Position numbers and translations under genes: made by a program
Notes under the pieces: model-generated
Database searches by the model: none
What the model saw: only the letters and a program-made list of their open reading frames with translations
Told to the model about the DNA's origin: nothing
In this document: in pieces, positions 8,501 through 16,922 of the stretch
Layout of the letters: every line of letters begins with the position of its first letter
How positions within the stretch are numbered: position 1 is the first letter of the stretch
Source: Candidatus Latescibacterota bacterium
Lineage (GTDB): Bacteria; Latescibacterota; UBA2968; UBA8231
DNA: 64,000 nucleotides
Assembly (NCBI GenBank): GCA_965242865.1
Contig: CBDETK010000013.1
Location: forward strand, 2,208,001 to 2,272,000
Reading direction: 5' to 3'

Positions 8501-10707
8501 TGCAAGCGGTCGCTGAGCTTTGCCTCCAAGTTCCGTTCAATCTGCTCCAATCGCTGGAACAGCGGTTGGATGTGGATGGAGTGTTCGACGTCGGGCAGTT
8601 CGGCATTGAGGCGGTCGCGTTCTTCTTCCGAAAGCAGCCCATCCACGATGCCCTGCTCAATGGCCCCTTGCACTTTGGCGACTTGATCCGCCAGCGCCGC
8701 CCGGGCCCCTTTGAGATTCTCGTCGATCCGATTTTCATATTCTCGGCGGGCCTCGTCGCCCTCCAACGCATTTAGCAAGGCGTCGGTGAAGCGAAAATCC
8801 AAGCCTTCTATTCGCAGCGTACAGGCCGTGTGTAGCGAGCGTTCCTCGGCGAGCGATTGGCACAACGCCTTCGCCATATCGGCTTCGTGGCCCGCTTCGG
8901 GATAGCCCTCTGGGGTGAGGGGAACTTCGGGGAGCCACAACAAGCGATGGGCTAATGCTTCCTCGAGCGAATCGCTGTCCCGTTTCATCCAAGCGTCCGG
9001 GGCTGCAATATCGGGTTGTTCCTCGATACCGAGCATCCCCAGCACTCGGCCTACGGCTTGGCGCAAGACAGCTCCCAAAGCGGCTACTTCTTGGCGTGGG
9101 TCGGCCTGCATGCGGTCGAGTTCCGCCCGGACTCCGGGCCCGGTCTCGCGGACGCGGTCGAGCAGTGCTTTCACGTGCTCGGACCACCAATTCCCCTTGC
9201 TGTCGCTGGCCTGCTCAATGAGGGAACACCAGCGACCGGCCAACCCCACGGCCTCTTCGACGCTGCGAACCAACTGATCAATGGGCCGGCCGATGATGGG
9301 TTTTGGCCGGCTCTGTACCAGATCTTGATCGATCTGGTGGATCAGAGCCACAATCCGCTTGCGCTCCTTGAAATCGCGCAGGTGCTGCCGGACCAGCTTG
9401 ACTTCGGCGGCCTTGTTTTCAACTACCGGAGCAAGTAAGAGGTGCAATGCCCCGTTCTGGCTGACCAAGTGGTGCAACACATGGGTCGCTCGCTTGTACT
9501 TCAATCGGCTGTCCTTACTGGTCGCCAAGAAGCGACGGGCCTGCCCCACGGTACTTTCAATGAACTTTTGGTGATTGCTCTCTCCTTCTACCTCCCGCAG
9601 ATCGGCGTCCTGCAACGCATGGCCCGCGGACGCAAAGGTGCGGACCGCATCGGCTAGCGCACCGAGCGCGGGATCGATTTCGTCCCGTTGCGGGAGCCAG
9701 CCGCTCAACCCCGTGGTCTGCGGAGCGATCAAGCTGGGACGCAGGGCCGCAGACAACCCCAGCAACTGCTCGAAAGGGGTGTTTTGAGGCTCCCACTCTG
9801 AGGCAATTTCCAGCATATCAAAGACGAATTTATCGGTATCGCTTTCCAACCAGTGCGCGCCTTGAAGAACGGCGAGCAGTTGGGGAGCAACGGGCACGTC
9901 GCGGCCTGCGGCCTGCAAGGAGCGCACCAGCCAGTACGCCCCGGCCCAATCCCCTGCGGCCAAGAGGCTCCATCCCAATGATGCCCAGTGTTCATCGTCG
10001 TCCTCGCCTTGCAACAGGGCCGCGGCCACCTGTTGGACCGGGCGCAAAGGCCGCGGCTTTTCCTCGGGGGGCGGGGGCGGAGGTTCGGGGTCTTCAGGCG
10101 GTGCTTTTTCCTCGGGGAGACTGGACTCTTGCTCTTGGGGTGGATCGATGGCTTCTGCGGAATCCGGGGCCTCTTGGACGGGACTAGGCGGTTCTGGGGG
10201 CGGCTCCTCTGGAGGCTCGGGGGTTGGCGCGGAAAAGCCTTGGTTGAGTTGGTCCAACCCAGCGCTAATCCGGTCTTCCACGGCCTCCATAGCCGCTCGG
10301 TGCTGGCGGGCTTGTTGGATGTTTTGGGGGACGTGCTGGTCTAAGGTGCGGCGTTGGGCCAAGTGCTCCAGCAGGGCCTGCACCCGCTCGGTCTGTTCGG
10401 GAAGGTGCTCACTCGGACAATGATTTGCTTGCCAGTGGGCTAGGTCTGAATCGCTGAAATTGAAAAACGCGAGATCGCTCTCGTGGTTTTGCCGCAGTTG
10501 CGCCAGTGCCTGTTCGAGCCGCTGGATCCGCCCGGCCTCATCCCGTTCTCGGCCTTTCTGCGCGGCCACCTGTTGGACTTGGTCGATAAACGCTTGGGCT
10601 ACTTCCCATTCTGACGCCTCGGCCGGCCATTGACGCATCTCTGCAATTAGATTGGCCCACTGAGTTTTCTGAAGGGGCTCTGCGGTGTGCGCTTTTTCAG
10701 CGGGCAT
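5593..10707 (-). CDS. Large (1704 aa) STAND-class NTPase
   Basis: GAGGAGG RBS; long helical N-terminus with Pro/Glu linker; NPY..G.VPPEMFYGR; Walker A GGRQLGKS (7516-7539); Walker B VLFDEAD; TNYHP (GxP-like). Confidence 0.8.
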   Translation of the reverse strand: MPAEKAHTAEPLQKTQWANLIAEMRQWPAEASEWEVAQAFIDQVQQVAAQKGRERDEAGRIQRLEQALAQLRQNHESDLAFFNFSDSDLAHWQANHCPSEHLPEQTERVQALLEHLAQRRTLDQHVPQNIQQARQHRAAMEAVEDRISAGLDQLNQGFSAPTPEPPEEPPPEPPSPVQEAPDSAEAIDPPQEQESSLPEEKAPPEDPEPPPPPPEEKPRPLRPVQQVAAALLQGEDDDEHWASLGWSLLAAGDWAGAYWLVRSLQAAGRDVPVAPQLLAVLQGAHWLESDTDKFVFDMLEIASEWEPQNTPFEQLLGLSAALRPSLIAPQTTGLSGWLPQRDEIDPALGALADAVRTFASAGHALQDADLREVEGESNHQKFIESTVGQARRFLATSKDSRLKYKRATHVLHHLVSQNGALHLLLAPVVENKAAEVKLVRQHLRDFKERKRIVALIHQIDQDLVQSRPKPIIGRPIDQLVRSVEEAVGLAGRWCSLIEQASDSKGNWWSEHVKALLDRVRETGPGVRAELDRMQADPRQEVAALGAVLRQAVGRVLGMLGIEEQPDIAAPDAWMKRDSDSLEEALAHRLLWLPEVPLTPEGYPEAGHEADMAKALCQSLAEERSLHTACTLRIEGLDFRFTDALLNALEGDEARREYENRIDENLKGARAALADQVAKVQGAIEQGIVDGLLSEEERDRLNAELPDVEHSIHIQPLFQRLEQIERNLEAKLSDRLQELAAQWRKMRRSLAQRIQPERLEATDAFIRRAIRQCDTRVVEESLALLRGVAQGESEWKSEWFTPTDKRDVFEEFQDACRGIESGLRDKNVDQLSEWIEQGQTWAGVKFGELPQVRRSEAVAALRVWHRLKRQPGDPKKIHRPIRVLLEFLGFHVSREEAAVRVEKHGQDGLYCTVEASASDLARPIPQLGSQAHGRYNVVCLWERPGADTIGAFLRELGLDAKTVLIFFLGRLTAHRRHSLARRARERGLALVVLDEVLLAFLTRFDDTRLPAFLRCSLPYAALNPYTPFQAGNVPPEMFYGRGDMVRQLQDAEGSIVFGGRQLGKSALLRQVEREFHQPDRDQFAWVEDIKLVGDDPLAGEQPASLWIKLREGFKKHQLIKGSVTANQPDNIIKRIERSLAEAPQRQVLVLFDEADRFLDADAKRGFPEVDRLRTLIQDTGSRFRVVFAGLHDVQRFKNIANQPLAHFGQNLLVGPLEARPARELVREPLKTLGYRFADETTVLKVLSYTNYHPGLIQYFCRELLHRLQTQRRSASPPYKVQLDDVDAVYRLPQTRAVIRERLDWTLALDSRYQCIAWAMIHEQKETPDSYARSFSVAELQKLAREWSPQGFNDLDLEALRGLLGEMVGLGILLCNVENKYSLRSPNLVRLMGTEEDIENRLLELDIHPPRPSIPESQHRLLDASKLLYSPLTLVQEGRLLQPEQSGVSLIFGSAALGLDVLIQALKRVGGIEWPNQTVEWLDSHTHKQQSLFYRPIRGTGGNMAQFVWDVLSSHNSRNKKRQRPRQVVFMFDPAASWAWLKSPKRTALEDQANLIFLRRWDAEGIRQRLDQAGKLDLPECCAAVLQATGGWSSLLDELLRRCGNLNDPRDCAKMELPGSALGSKLVQQLGFSTPVEPFRVLQTLVEYKSKVSEEDLADLVDFVKGPLSLEDCQAAVELLYRLGCLEKRDGAYQVEAVLGRVVGTP

Positions 10708-10809
10708 ATCGCCTCCTCGATTCTACGTCGGGTTTACTACACGACACCAACTCCAGCGGCACATAAAGAAGGACGCCAAACTATCCACGGTCAAACCATT
10801 CCATCGCTG

Positions 10810-11844
10810 CTATTCGGCGGGTGAGCGCAAGTACTTGGTCTCCAGCTCGCCCATAATCCGTGCGGTGATGGCCCGGACTTCGTCCTCAAAGGTATCGACG
10901 TTGGCTTGGGTCACCAGCACCGTGCCCGAGTTGACGAAGTAGTGCTCGGGATGGGCTTGCCAGCCGTCGAGCAGGTAGCGCAAGAGGGCGCAAGAGATGT
11001 AGCCGTGGCCGTAGGGGTTTTGCGAGAGGGTCGCGTCGATGGCCCCTTGGCGGATCGCGTCGAGCACCACCGCGTCCGTGTCGATGCCGACGAAGTGGAT
11101 GCGCTCGTTGCCCGGGGTCTGGTTCCATTCGGACAGAATCGTCGCCGCGGCCACGGTCGGGGTGTACCCCGTGCAAATCACGCCATCGATCTCCGCGATC
11201 CGCGCTGAGAGCGCGTCTTGGATTTTGGCCGTGCTGGTCTCAATCGACTCCATGCCGGCGATTTCTTGGACGATCTGGACCGCGGGGTATTTGGCCACGG
11301 CCGCCTCAACGCCTTCTTTGCGCAGGATGGTGTTGGGGTCTTCGACCAGCTCTAGCACGTTGAGGATGTGGCCCTCGCCGCCCATAAAGCCGATCAGGGC
11401 CTCGGTCGCCTCCATCGCTGCCTGCCGGACGTCGGTCGCCACGCAAAACGAAGCTGGCGTCGGCCGCGTCGTCGGCGCTCCATAGCTGACGACGTACGCT
11501 CCGTTTTGCACCAATTCCTCGTAGAGGCCGTTGGCCGCGCTGGCGTCGGCCGGATAAAGCGAGAAGCCCTTGTAGCCTTGGGCCGCCAGCGGCTCGACGT
11601 TGGCGTTTTCGTTGTCTTGGGTCCAGTTTTGGCCGATCTGACGCTTGATCTCGACTCCGGTGTCGCGCTCATAGCCGATCACCCCTTTTTGCACCTCTTC
11701 GACGTAAGGATGGACCATCAAGGCGTACCAGACGATTTTTTTCGCCGCGGGCGCGTCGCCCGATTGGCCGGACCCGCCGCACCCGGCGACGAGTGCGGTG
11801 AAAAGGAAAGCTGCGAGGAGAAATGGGAGAAAAGTTTTGTACAT
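10810..11844 (-). CDS. Monosaccharide ABC transporter substrate-binding lipoprotein
   Basis: Lipobox LVAG-C; Peripla_BP-type motifs (VGID, IDATLSQNPYGHGY); cognate ATPase and permease downstream. Confidence 0.9.
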   Translation of the reverse strand: MYKTFLPFLLAAFLFTALVAGCGGSGQSGDAPAAKKIVWYALMVHPYVEEVQKGVIGYERDTGVEIKRQIGQNWTQDNENANVEPLAAQGYKGFSLYPADASAANGLYEELVQNGAYVVSYGAPTTRPTPASFCVATDVRQAAMEATEALIGFMGGEGHILNVLELVEDPNTILRKEGVEAAVAKYPAVQIVQEIAGMESIETSTAKIQDALSARIAEIDGVICTGYTPTVAAATILSEWNQTPGNERIHFVGIDTDAVVLDAIRQGAIDATLSQNPYGHGYISCALLRYLLDGWQAHPEHYFVNSGTVLVTQANVDTFEDEVRAITARIMGELETKYLRSPAE

Positions 11845-11900
11845 AATTATCCTCTTGATTTGGAGCGTCGGGAGGGTGAATGATTATGCTACGTTTGCGA

Positions 11901-12034
11901 AGAAGCGTCCTTAAAAATCACGTTGCTTTTGGCCTAGTCTTTCACGCCTCTAGATGTCATTCCCGCGAACGCGGGAATCCAAAAAAGCACCAAGCCGAAT
12001 CGGAGACTGAAAACCTAGTTTTAAGAACGCTTCT
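11901..12034. mobile_element. MITE-like element (family A) with internal CGTC-type REP / dRS3-like hairpin
   Basis: TIRs AGAAGCGTCCTTAAAA / TTTTAAGAACGCTTCT (1 mismatch); internal GTCATTCCCGCGAACGCGGGAATCC. Confidence 0.75.
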
Positions 12035-12068
12035 AATACAAAATCAAAGCTAGCGTGAATGCTCCGAG

Positions 12069-13403
12069 CTAAACCATGTCTTGGCCAATGAACTCAGGTT
12101 TCTCTCGGACGGGGGGTGGTTCGATATCGTCAATTTCGCTCGGTCGTTCGTACTTGCCGATATTAAAACTGGCTTGACTCAATCCCCAAGCAACCGCGAG
12201 TCGATGATATGACTTGTCGTCAATCTCTGCATCGAGAGAATTGGGCTTTGGTAGCTGAATCTGTATAATACCGTCTGAACTCCTAATCCACCTCTGAAGC
12301 CATTCCCCAGCATCAGATACTACATCCTGATACGCTCGCATGACACTCCCGCCCCCACAAAGAAATACGGGAAGTGTACTGTTCCAACAACGAGACAAAG
12401 GATCGCGTTTACTCCGTAAGTCCCCAATTGTTCTGGTGAGAACTTTCTTGCAATCATTTCTGAATCTTCTTTCTGCTCCGGCTCCCCTTCTCTGACGTAG
12501 TATTTCTACTCCGAGAAGCTCGAGGTGGGCGGTGAGTATGGGTACTCGGTCATCTCCTTCATGTTGTCTTGGTCCTAGATTGAATGAACAGACATCCAGC
12601 GTACTCGCTCCAATATCCACCAAAAGGTGAAGCCCTTCGTTTCGGCGCGGCGAGTTGGCATATCCTGCTACTTCCGCGATAACTTCCGGTCTCAATTCAG
12701 AGTCAATAGGCATCTCCTCAGATTCATACCTTGCGAACATGACATCATCAATTGCCTCTTGAGCATCGTCAACCGTTATTGGTCCGGGCCGTCTTGAGGC
12801 GAGCCAAGCAGCCTTGTGCGATATGCAAAAGGCATCTCGTAGTTTTTCATTGTCATCAACATCAGCAGGTAAGCCGAGATTGCATGACCACTCAAGATAA
12901 TACTCGCCGAAGACATTTCTCTTATTCGCGATAAACCAGCGGCGGACATATCGGAGTACTAAGGCAAGATAGGCGACCGCTACCGTGATTGAAGATGCGT
13001 CACAAGGTGGGCCGGACGCGGAGTTTATTCCCTTGTTTGGCTCATTCATCAAGCCAAGTTTTATATCCTTAAGGAACGAAGCTCCTGGCGTATAGGCGAG
13101 TGAACACCGTCGGTCCTCGTCGATAAACAATTGGGTGGGAATCAAGTACTTCAGGCTTTCATCAGCGAGTTTACCGAAAGGAACGGCAAATGCGGGCTCG
13201 CCAGCGTAGAATGGAACATTTACTACGACCTTGGTGAATGACGTTCCAATATCCACTCCCACTATAACATCGAGGGGTTGCGAGCGGTCATTATGCTGGA
13301 ACTGGTGTTCGTTTTCAGAAATCATGCTTACTCTCCATAGGTTAGAAGAAGGGGGGAACGTTGTCATGTAGGAATCGGAAGCTGGTATAAAAAACCCCAT
13401 CAT
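12069..13403 (-). CDS. Hsp70/actin-like (ASKHA fold) ATPase-domain protein
   Basis: Phosphate-1 VGVDIGTSFTKV, connect-1 PEVIAE, phosphate-2 LVDIGASTLDV, adenosine LCGGGS; ATGA overlap with the helicase stop. Confidence 0.75.
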   Translation of the reverse strand: MMGFFIPASDSYMTTFPPSSNLWRVSMISENEHQFQHNDRSQPLDVIVGVDIGTSFTKVVVNVPFYAGEPAFAVPFGKLADESLKYLIPTQLFIDEDRRCSLAYTPGASFLKDIKLGLMNEPNKGINSASGPPCDASSITVAVAYLALVLRYVRRWFIANKRNVFGEYYLEWSCNLGLPADVDDNEKLRDAFCISHKAAWLASRRPGPITVDDAQEAIDDVMFARYESEEMPIDSELRPEVIAEVAGYANSPRRNEGLHLLVDIGASTLDVCSFNLGPRQHEGDDRVPILTAHLELLGVEILRQRRGAGAERRFRNDCKKVLTRTIGDLRSKRDPLSRCWNSTLPVFLCGGGSVMRAYQDVVSDAGEWLQRWIRSSDGIIQIQLPKPNSLDAEIDDKSYHRLAVAWGLSQASFNIGKYERPSEIDDIEPPPVREKPEFIGQDMV

Positions 13404-16400
13404 TCAATTAGAACTACAGCTACGAAAATCTCTTCGGACTCAGGAGTTATCTTTCGACGCGATTCAATCTCCCGTCGCCTTCTTTCACCCCAATCATCAA
13501 GGCTCCTCAAACGTCCCTTGGTTGCAGGTATCATTCTATTTCTCCCTGTCTCCCTAAAGTTTCTGAGTGTACGTTCGATTCCTTCCCTTTGCTTTGAAAA
13601 GTGTCGATGGCGATGTCTCTCTTGGATGTCTGCCCGGTCTTCGTTTTGATTCCTTTCTTCTTCGGTATAGCTTTCAAAGTGGCCATCAAGAGTTCTGAAC
13701 AGAACCTCGTCGGCGATGTAATGGACTTGCTGTAGTTCACACTGATGTCCGACTTCCAGCCAATGCCTCCCTTTCGCAGCGCAGGTGATGGCAAGACGTT
13801 CAGCCTTGTCTTCGCGGAGGAGTGTTTCTGGCCGATCCAGCGGGACGGCCGCGTAAACGAGTTTCTCTACATCTCGAAGTCCCTTGATGCGCCAAAGGGA
13901 AGCCGCCAAAACGTAAACGCCTAGCCCGAGGGATATATCAAGATCGCACCTTGAAACTTTTACGGACACAGCCGGGCGGAGCTGAGGGACTGTTTTTGAG
14001 ATTCGATCACTGATGAAACGAACCAGAGGGTGAAATTGGGAAATAGTCTCCTTTCTCTCGGGCTTTCCAGCTAATACGCGGTTTTTGAACCGACAGATAA
14101 TCGGTTTGGCCGAGTACTGGTCCAATTGCGTTTGACCGCTCAAATTGTTCAATCGGATAAACTCCGATAGAGCATGCCTCGCTTCGCTATTCAGAGATAG
14201 TTCGTATTCGTGGTTCTGTCCATCTGTTTCCTTAAGCACATAACCGGGGTAATTAGCACTTAGGAAATCGGTCACATAAGCGAGCAGGTCGGTTCCGTTG
14301 ATCCAACGATTCATATCGTGTGCAGCCTTAACCTGCTGGAGAATGTAGTCGCCGTATGCCACCAGATGTGCTGCATTTGCTTCCAAGCGCTCCTCTTCCT
14401 GTTTCCGCGTCGCTAGGGCTTGGGCGGTTTGGTTGATGCGCTCTTCTTGTTGTTTGGGCGATAAATGACCCAGAACTAGATCGCGTGTGAGTTTTTCGAT
14501 CTCCTCGCCGAGAATGGCCTCAAAATCGCCCAACGCATTTCGGCACAAATCGAGCTTGTCGTAGAGGCATTCATAGATACGCGCATCTATCGTATTGGCA
14601 TAAAAAAGGTTCCAGATCAGCACCTTCTCGGATTTTTGGCCGAGGCGATCAACGCGGCCGATTCTCTGTTCGACGCGCATGGGGTTCCAAGGAAGATCGT
14701 AGTTGATCACGACCCATGAAAATTGGAGATCAACGCCCTCTCCCCCCACTTCTGAAGACAGCATAACGCTCGGTCCCTTGGGCGACCTGAATTCTTGGAT
14801 AATGTCGTACTTGGGCCGGCTGCCGCCGCCGCGAAGGACAATGCTCGAAATACCGTCGTCGTCGAGCCGTTCTTTCAAGTAATCAAGTGTACCCAAGAAT
14901 GTGGAAAAGACGATGACTTTGTCTTTTGGATATTTCTCGAAGAACTCCTGCAACATTTTACGTAACCGCGTATATTTGCTGTCGCTACCTGCGAGGTCAT
15001 CGAAAGCAACGAATTCACCTGAGTTATTCACTAGTTCTTCTGTTAGTGGTCCCAATTTTTGCCGTTGTCGGGCATCCTGATCTGTCCCTGAAAGCTGGTC
15101 TTCGGGAATCTCAATACGCCGTTCCTGCCAAGATTTCAGGGCAGCCGGCATACAGCTAGCCATCTGGCGCTGAGGCTGAGCGAGCAGAAAGGCTTCGTTA
15201 ATGTCGTTTTCTTGGGCGTATGAGCCGACGATATTCGTTACGGTATCGTAGAATTCGCGCTCTATCTCCGTCATCGGAATGAACTTGGGAATTGGCTGGC
15301 GAACGACGCGCCACTCCTTGACGTCTCTTTTCCGGGTCCGGGTTATGGTATGGCCCAATAGGTTAATGGTTTCGAGACGATAGGCGATACGGCTTCGTTT
15401 TGTAGGTGAATCGAGGGACCCATCCTCGATCTGGTCTAATAGGGTTTTAAGTTGCCGGTTGCCCTGCAAAAGGCGGTTGTTTCTATCTTCCGAAAGCACT
15501 GAAACCAACTCGTCAGGCGAGCTCTTCCCCTTCAACACACGGTCTAATAGGGTTTTAAGTTGCCGGTTGCTCTGCAAAAGGCGGTTTTTTCTAGCTTCCA
15601 AAAGTACTGAAACCAACTCGTCAGGCGAGCTCTTTCCCTTCAACACTAAGTCCCGCGCACGGACCAATGGCTCGTTGGCCCTGAGGATTTCGTCAAAATT
15701 ATCTTCCCGCTCAAAGGTGTCGGGATCAAGGAGATGAAGCAGGGAGAAGAGATCGCGGTTGTAGTTATGGATCGGAGTCGCGGTCAGTAGGACGAGATAG
15801 TCAGAAACACCGCGCATCAGCTGGCCCAAGCGATTGGTTTGGGTGGCGGGATTACGCATGTAGTGTGCCTCGTCAACCACAAGCAGGTCGATAAGATGTT
15901 CTTCGTGTTCCTTCCCCTTGAGAAGCCGAGCCAACTTACCGACATCGTTAGCATCGTCCTCAGCATCTTCCCAACCGCGGCGAGGACGCAGACCCTGGAT
16001 GCTTGCGATGATGGCAAATCCCCGCACGTGTGCTTGCCGGTCCTGCAAAATTCTCAGGGTATCCCTCGCGGTGCAAATCTCTGGGGACACGCCGATCTTG
16101 TTGACGAGTTCGTCCCGCCATTTTTCACGCAGAGCAGCAGGACATAAGACGACCAGCCTTTTCAAATTGAATCGGCTTCTTAGCTCAGTCCAAATCAGTC
16201 CTGCTTCAATGGTCTTGCCCATACCAACCTCATCAGCGATTAGCAGGCTGTTCGTCGGAGTCTGAAGGAGCTTGAGGACGGGCTTGAACTGGTAGGCATA
16301 GAAGTCCGTATCGGTGGCTTCCATGCTATAAATGATGTCGGCCAATCGCCCCGTGAGACGAACATGGATCAGTGTCCGCCGAAGAGCCTCGGGCGTTCCG

Positions 16401-16630
16401 AGTTTCCCCGTGTACAGCAAATCGAGAGGGTGCATCGGCTCATCAGGAAGCGGTTCAAGTTGCTCCTTCGGTATGAAGTCGGGTGCTGGCCTGTCATTGA
16501 ATCGAACCCGATATACCTGACGACCTCTTCTTAGGACACAGACTCCGTCTGTCAGCGTACCGACCCGCTGCGGATCGTGAATCAGTCGCACCTGCTTTCC
16601 AGCTTGCCATTTTTCCTCGCCGCTCTGCAT
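13400..16630 (-). CDS. SNF2-family (RapA-like) helicase/ATPase, 1076 aa
   Basis: LIADEVGMGKT, DEAH, LTATP, GGEGVDLQ, NYDLPWNP, EQRIGRVDRLGQ. Confidence 0.9.
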   Translation of the reverse strand: MQSGEEKWQAGKQVRLIHDPQRVGTLTDGVCVLRRGRQVYRVRFNDRPAPDFIPKEQLEPLPDEPMHPLDLLYTGKLGTPEALRRTLIHVRLTGRLADIIYSMEATDTDFYAYQFKPVLKLLQTPTNSLLIADEVGMGKTIEAGLIWTELRSRFNLKRLVVLCPAALREKWRDELVNKIGVSPEICTARDTLRILQDRQAHVRGFAIIASIQGLRPRRGWEDAEDDANDVGKLARLLKGKEHEEHLIDLLVVDEAHYMRNPATQTNRLGQLMRGVSDYLVLLTATPIHNYNRDLFSLLHLLDPDTFEREDNFDEILRANEPLVRARDLVLKGKSSPDELVSVLLEARKNRLLQSNRQLKTLLDRVLKGKSSPDELVSVLSEDRNNRLLQGNRQLKTLLDQIEDGSLDSPTKRSRIAYRLETINLLGHTITRTRKRDVKEWRVVRQPIPKFIPMTEIEREFYDTVTNIVGSYAQENDINEAFLLAQPQRQMASCMPAALKSWQERRIEIPEDQLSGTDQDARQRQKLGPLTEELVNNSGEFVAFDDLAGSDSKYTRLRKMLQEFFEKYPKDKVIVFSTFLGTLDYLKERLDDDGISSIVLRGGGSRPKYDIIQEFRSPKGPSVMLSSEVGGEGVDLQFSWVVINYDLPWNPMRVEQRIGRVDRLGQKSEKVLIWNLFYANTIDARIYECLYDKLDLCRNALGDFEAILGEEIEKLTRDLVLGHLSPKQQEERINQTAQALATRKQEEERLEANAAHLVAYGDYILQQVKAAHDMNRWINGTDLLAYVTDFLSANYPGYVLKETDGQNHEYELSLNSEARHALSEFIRLNNLSGQTQLDQYSAKPIICRFKNRVLAGKPERKETISQFHPLVRFISDRISKTVPQLRPAVSVKVSRCDLDISLGLGVYVLAASLWRIKGLRDVEKLVYAAVPLDRPETLLREDKAERLAITCAAKGRHWLEVGHQCELQQVHYIADEVLFRTLDGHFESYTEEERNQNEDRADIQERHRHRHFSKQREGIERTLRNFRETGRNRMIPATKGRLRSLDDWGERRRREIESRRKITPESEEIFVAVVLIE
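15433..15646. repeat. 108-bp (36-aa) in-frame tandem duplication inside the SNF2 gene
   Basis: GGTCTAATAGGGTTTTAAGTTGCCGG starts at both 15433 and 15541; peptide VLKGKSSPDELVSVL...NRQLKTLLD occurs twice. Confidence 0.9.
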
Positions 16631-16648
16631 TCCTTTTGTTTCCCCCCT

Positions 16649-16783
16649 AGAAGCTGTCTGAAAACTCTGGTGGTCGTCTCTTGGGTCTAAAAGATCCCGG
16701 CTGGATTCCCGCTTTCGCGGGAAGGACGGAAGCTGTTTCTACGGCTTGTTCAACACCCCAAAGTGGGTTTTCAGACAGCTTCT
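16649..16783. mobile_element. MITE-like element (family B) with internal REP-like hairpin
   Basis: Perfect 17-bp TIR AGAAGCTGTCTGAAAAC / GTTTTCAGACAGCTTCT; internal CTGGATTCCCGCTTTCGCGGGAA. Confidence 0.8.
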
Positions 16784-16922
16784 TAACGGATCACGTTGAA
16801 GTAGCTAAGTATTATAGGTAAGAGTAGGCTCTTTTAACAACTAACCCAGCCTAGGAAACCACCCCCCTTGAGCCAATCTCCGCTTTGGCCTACTTTGCCG
16901 TCCCACTCAAAAGGAGCTTGTC

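Noticed and set aside
13400-16630. Calling the helicase rapA, drmD or zorD
   Set aside because: SNF2 motifs alone do not discriminate, and the partner genes defining those systems are absent
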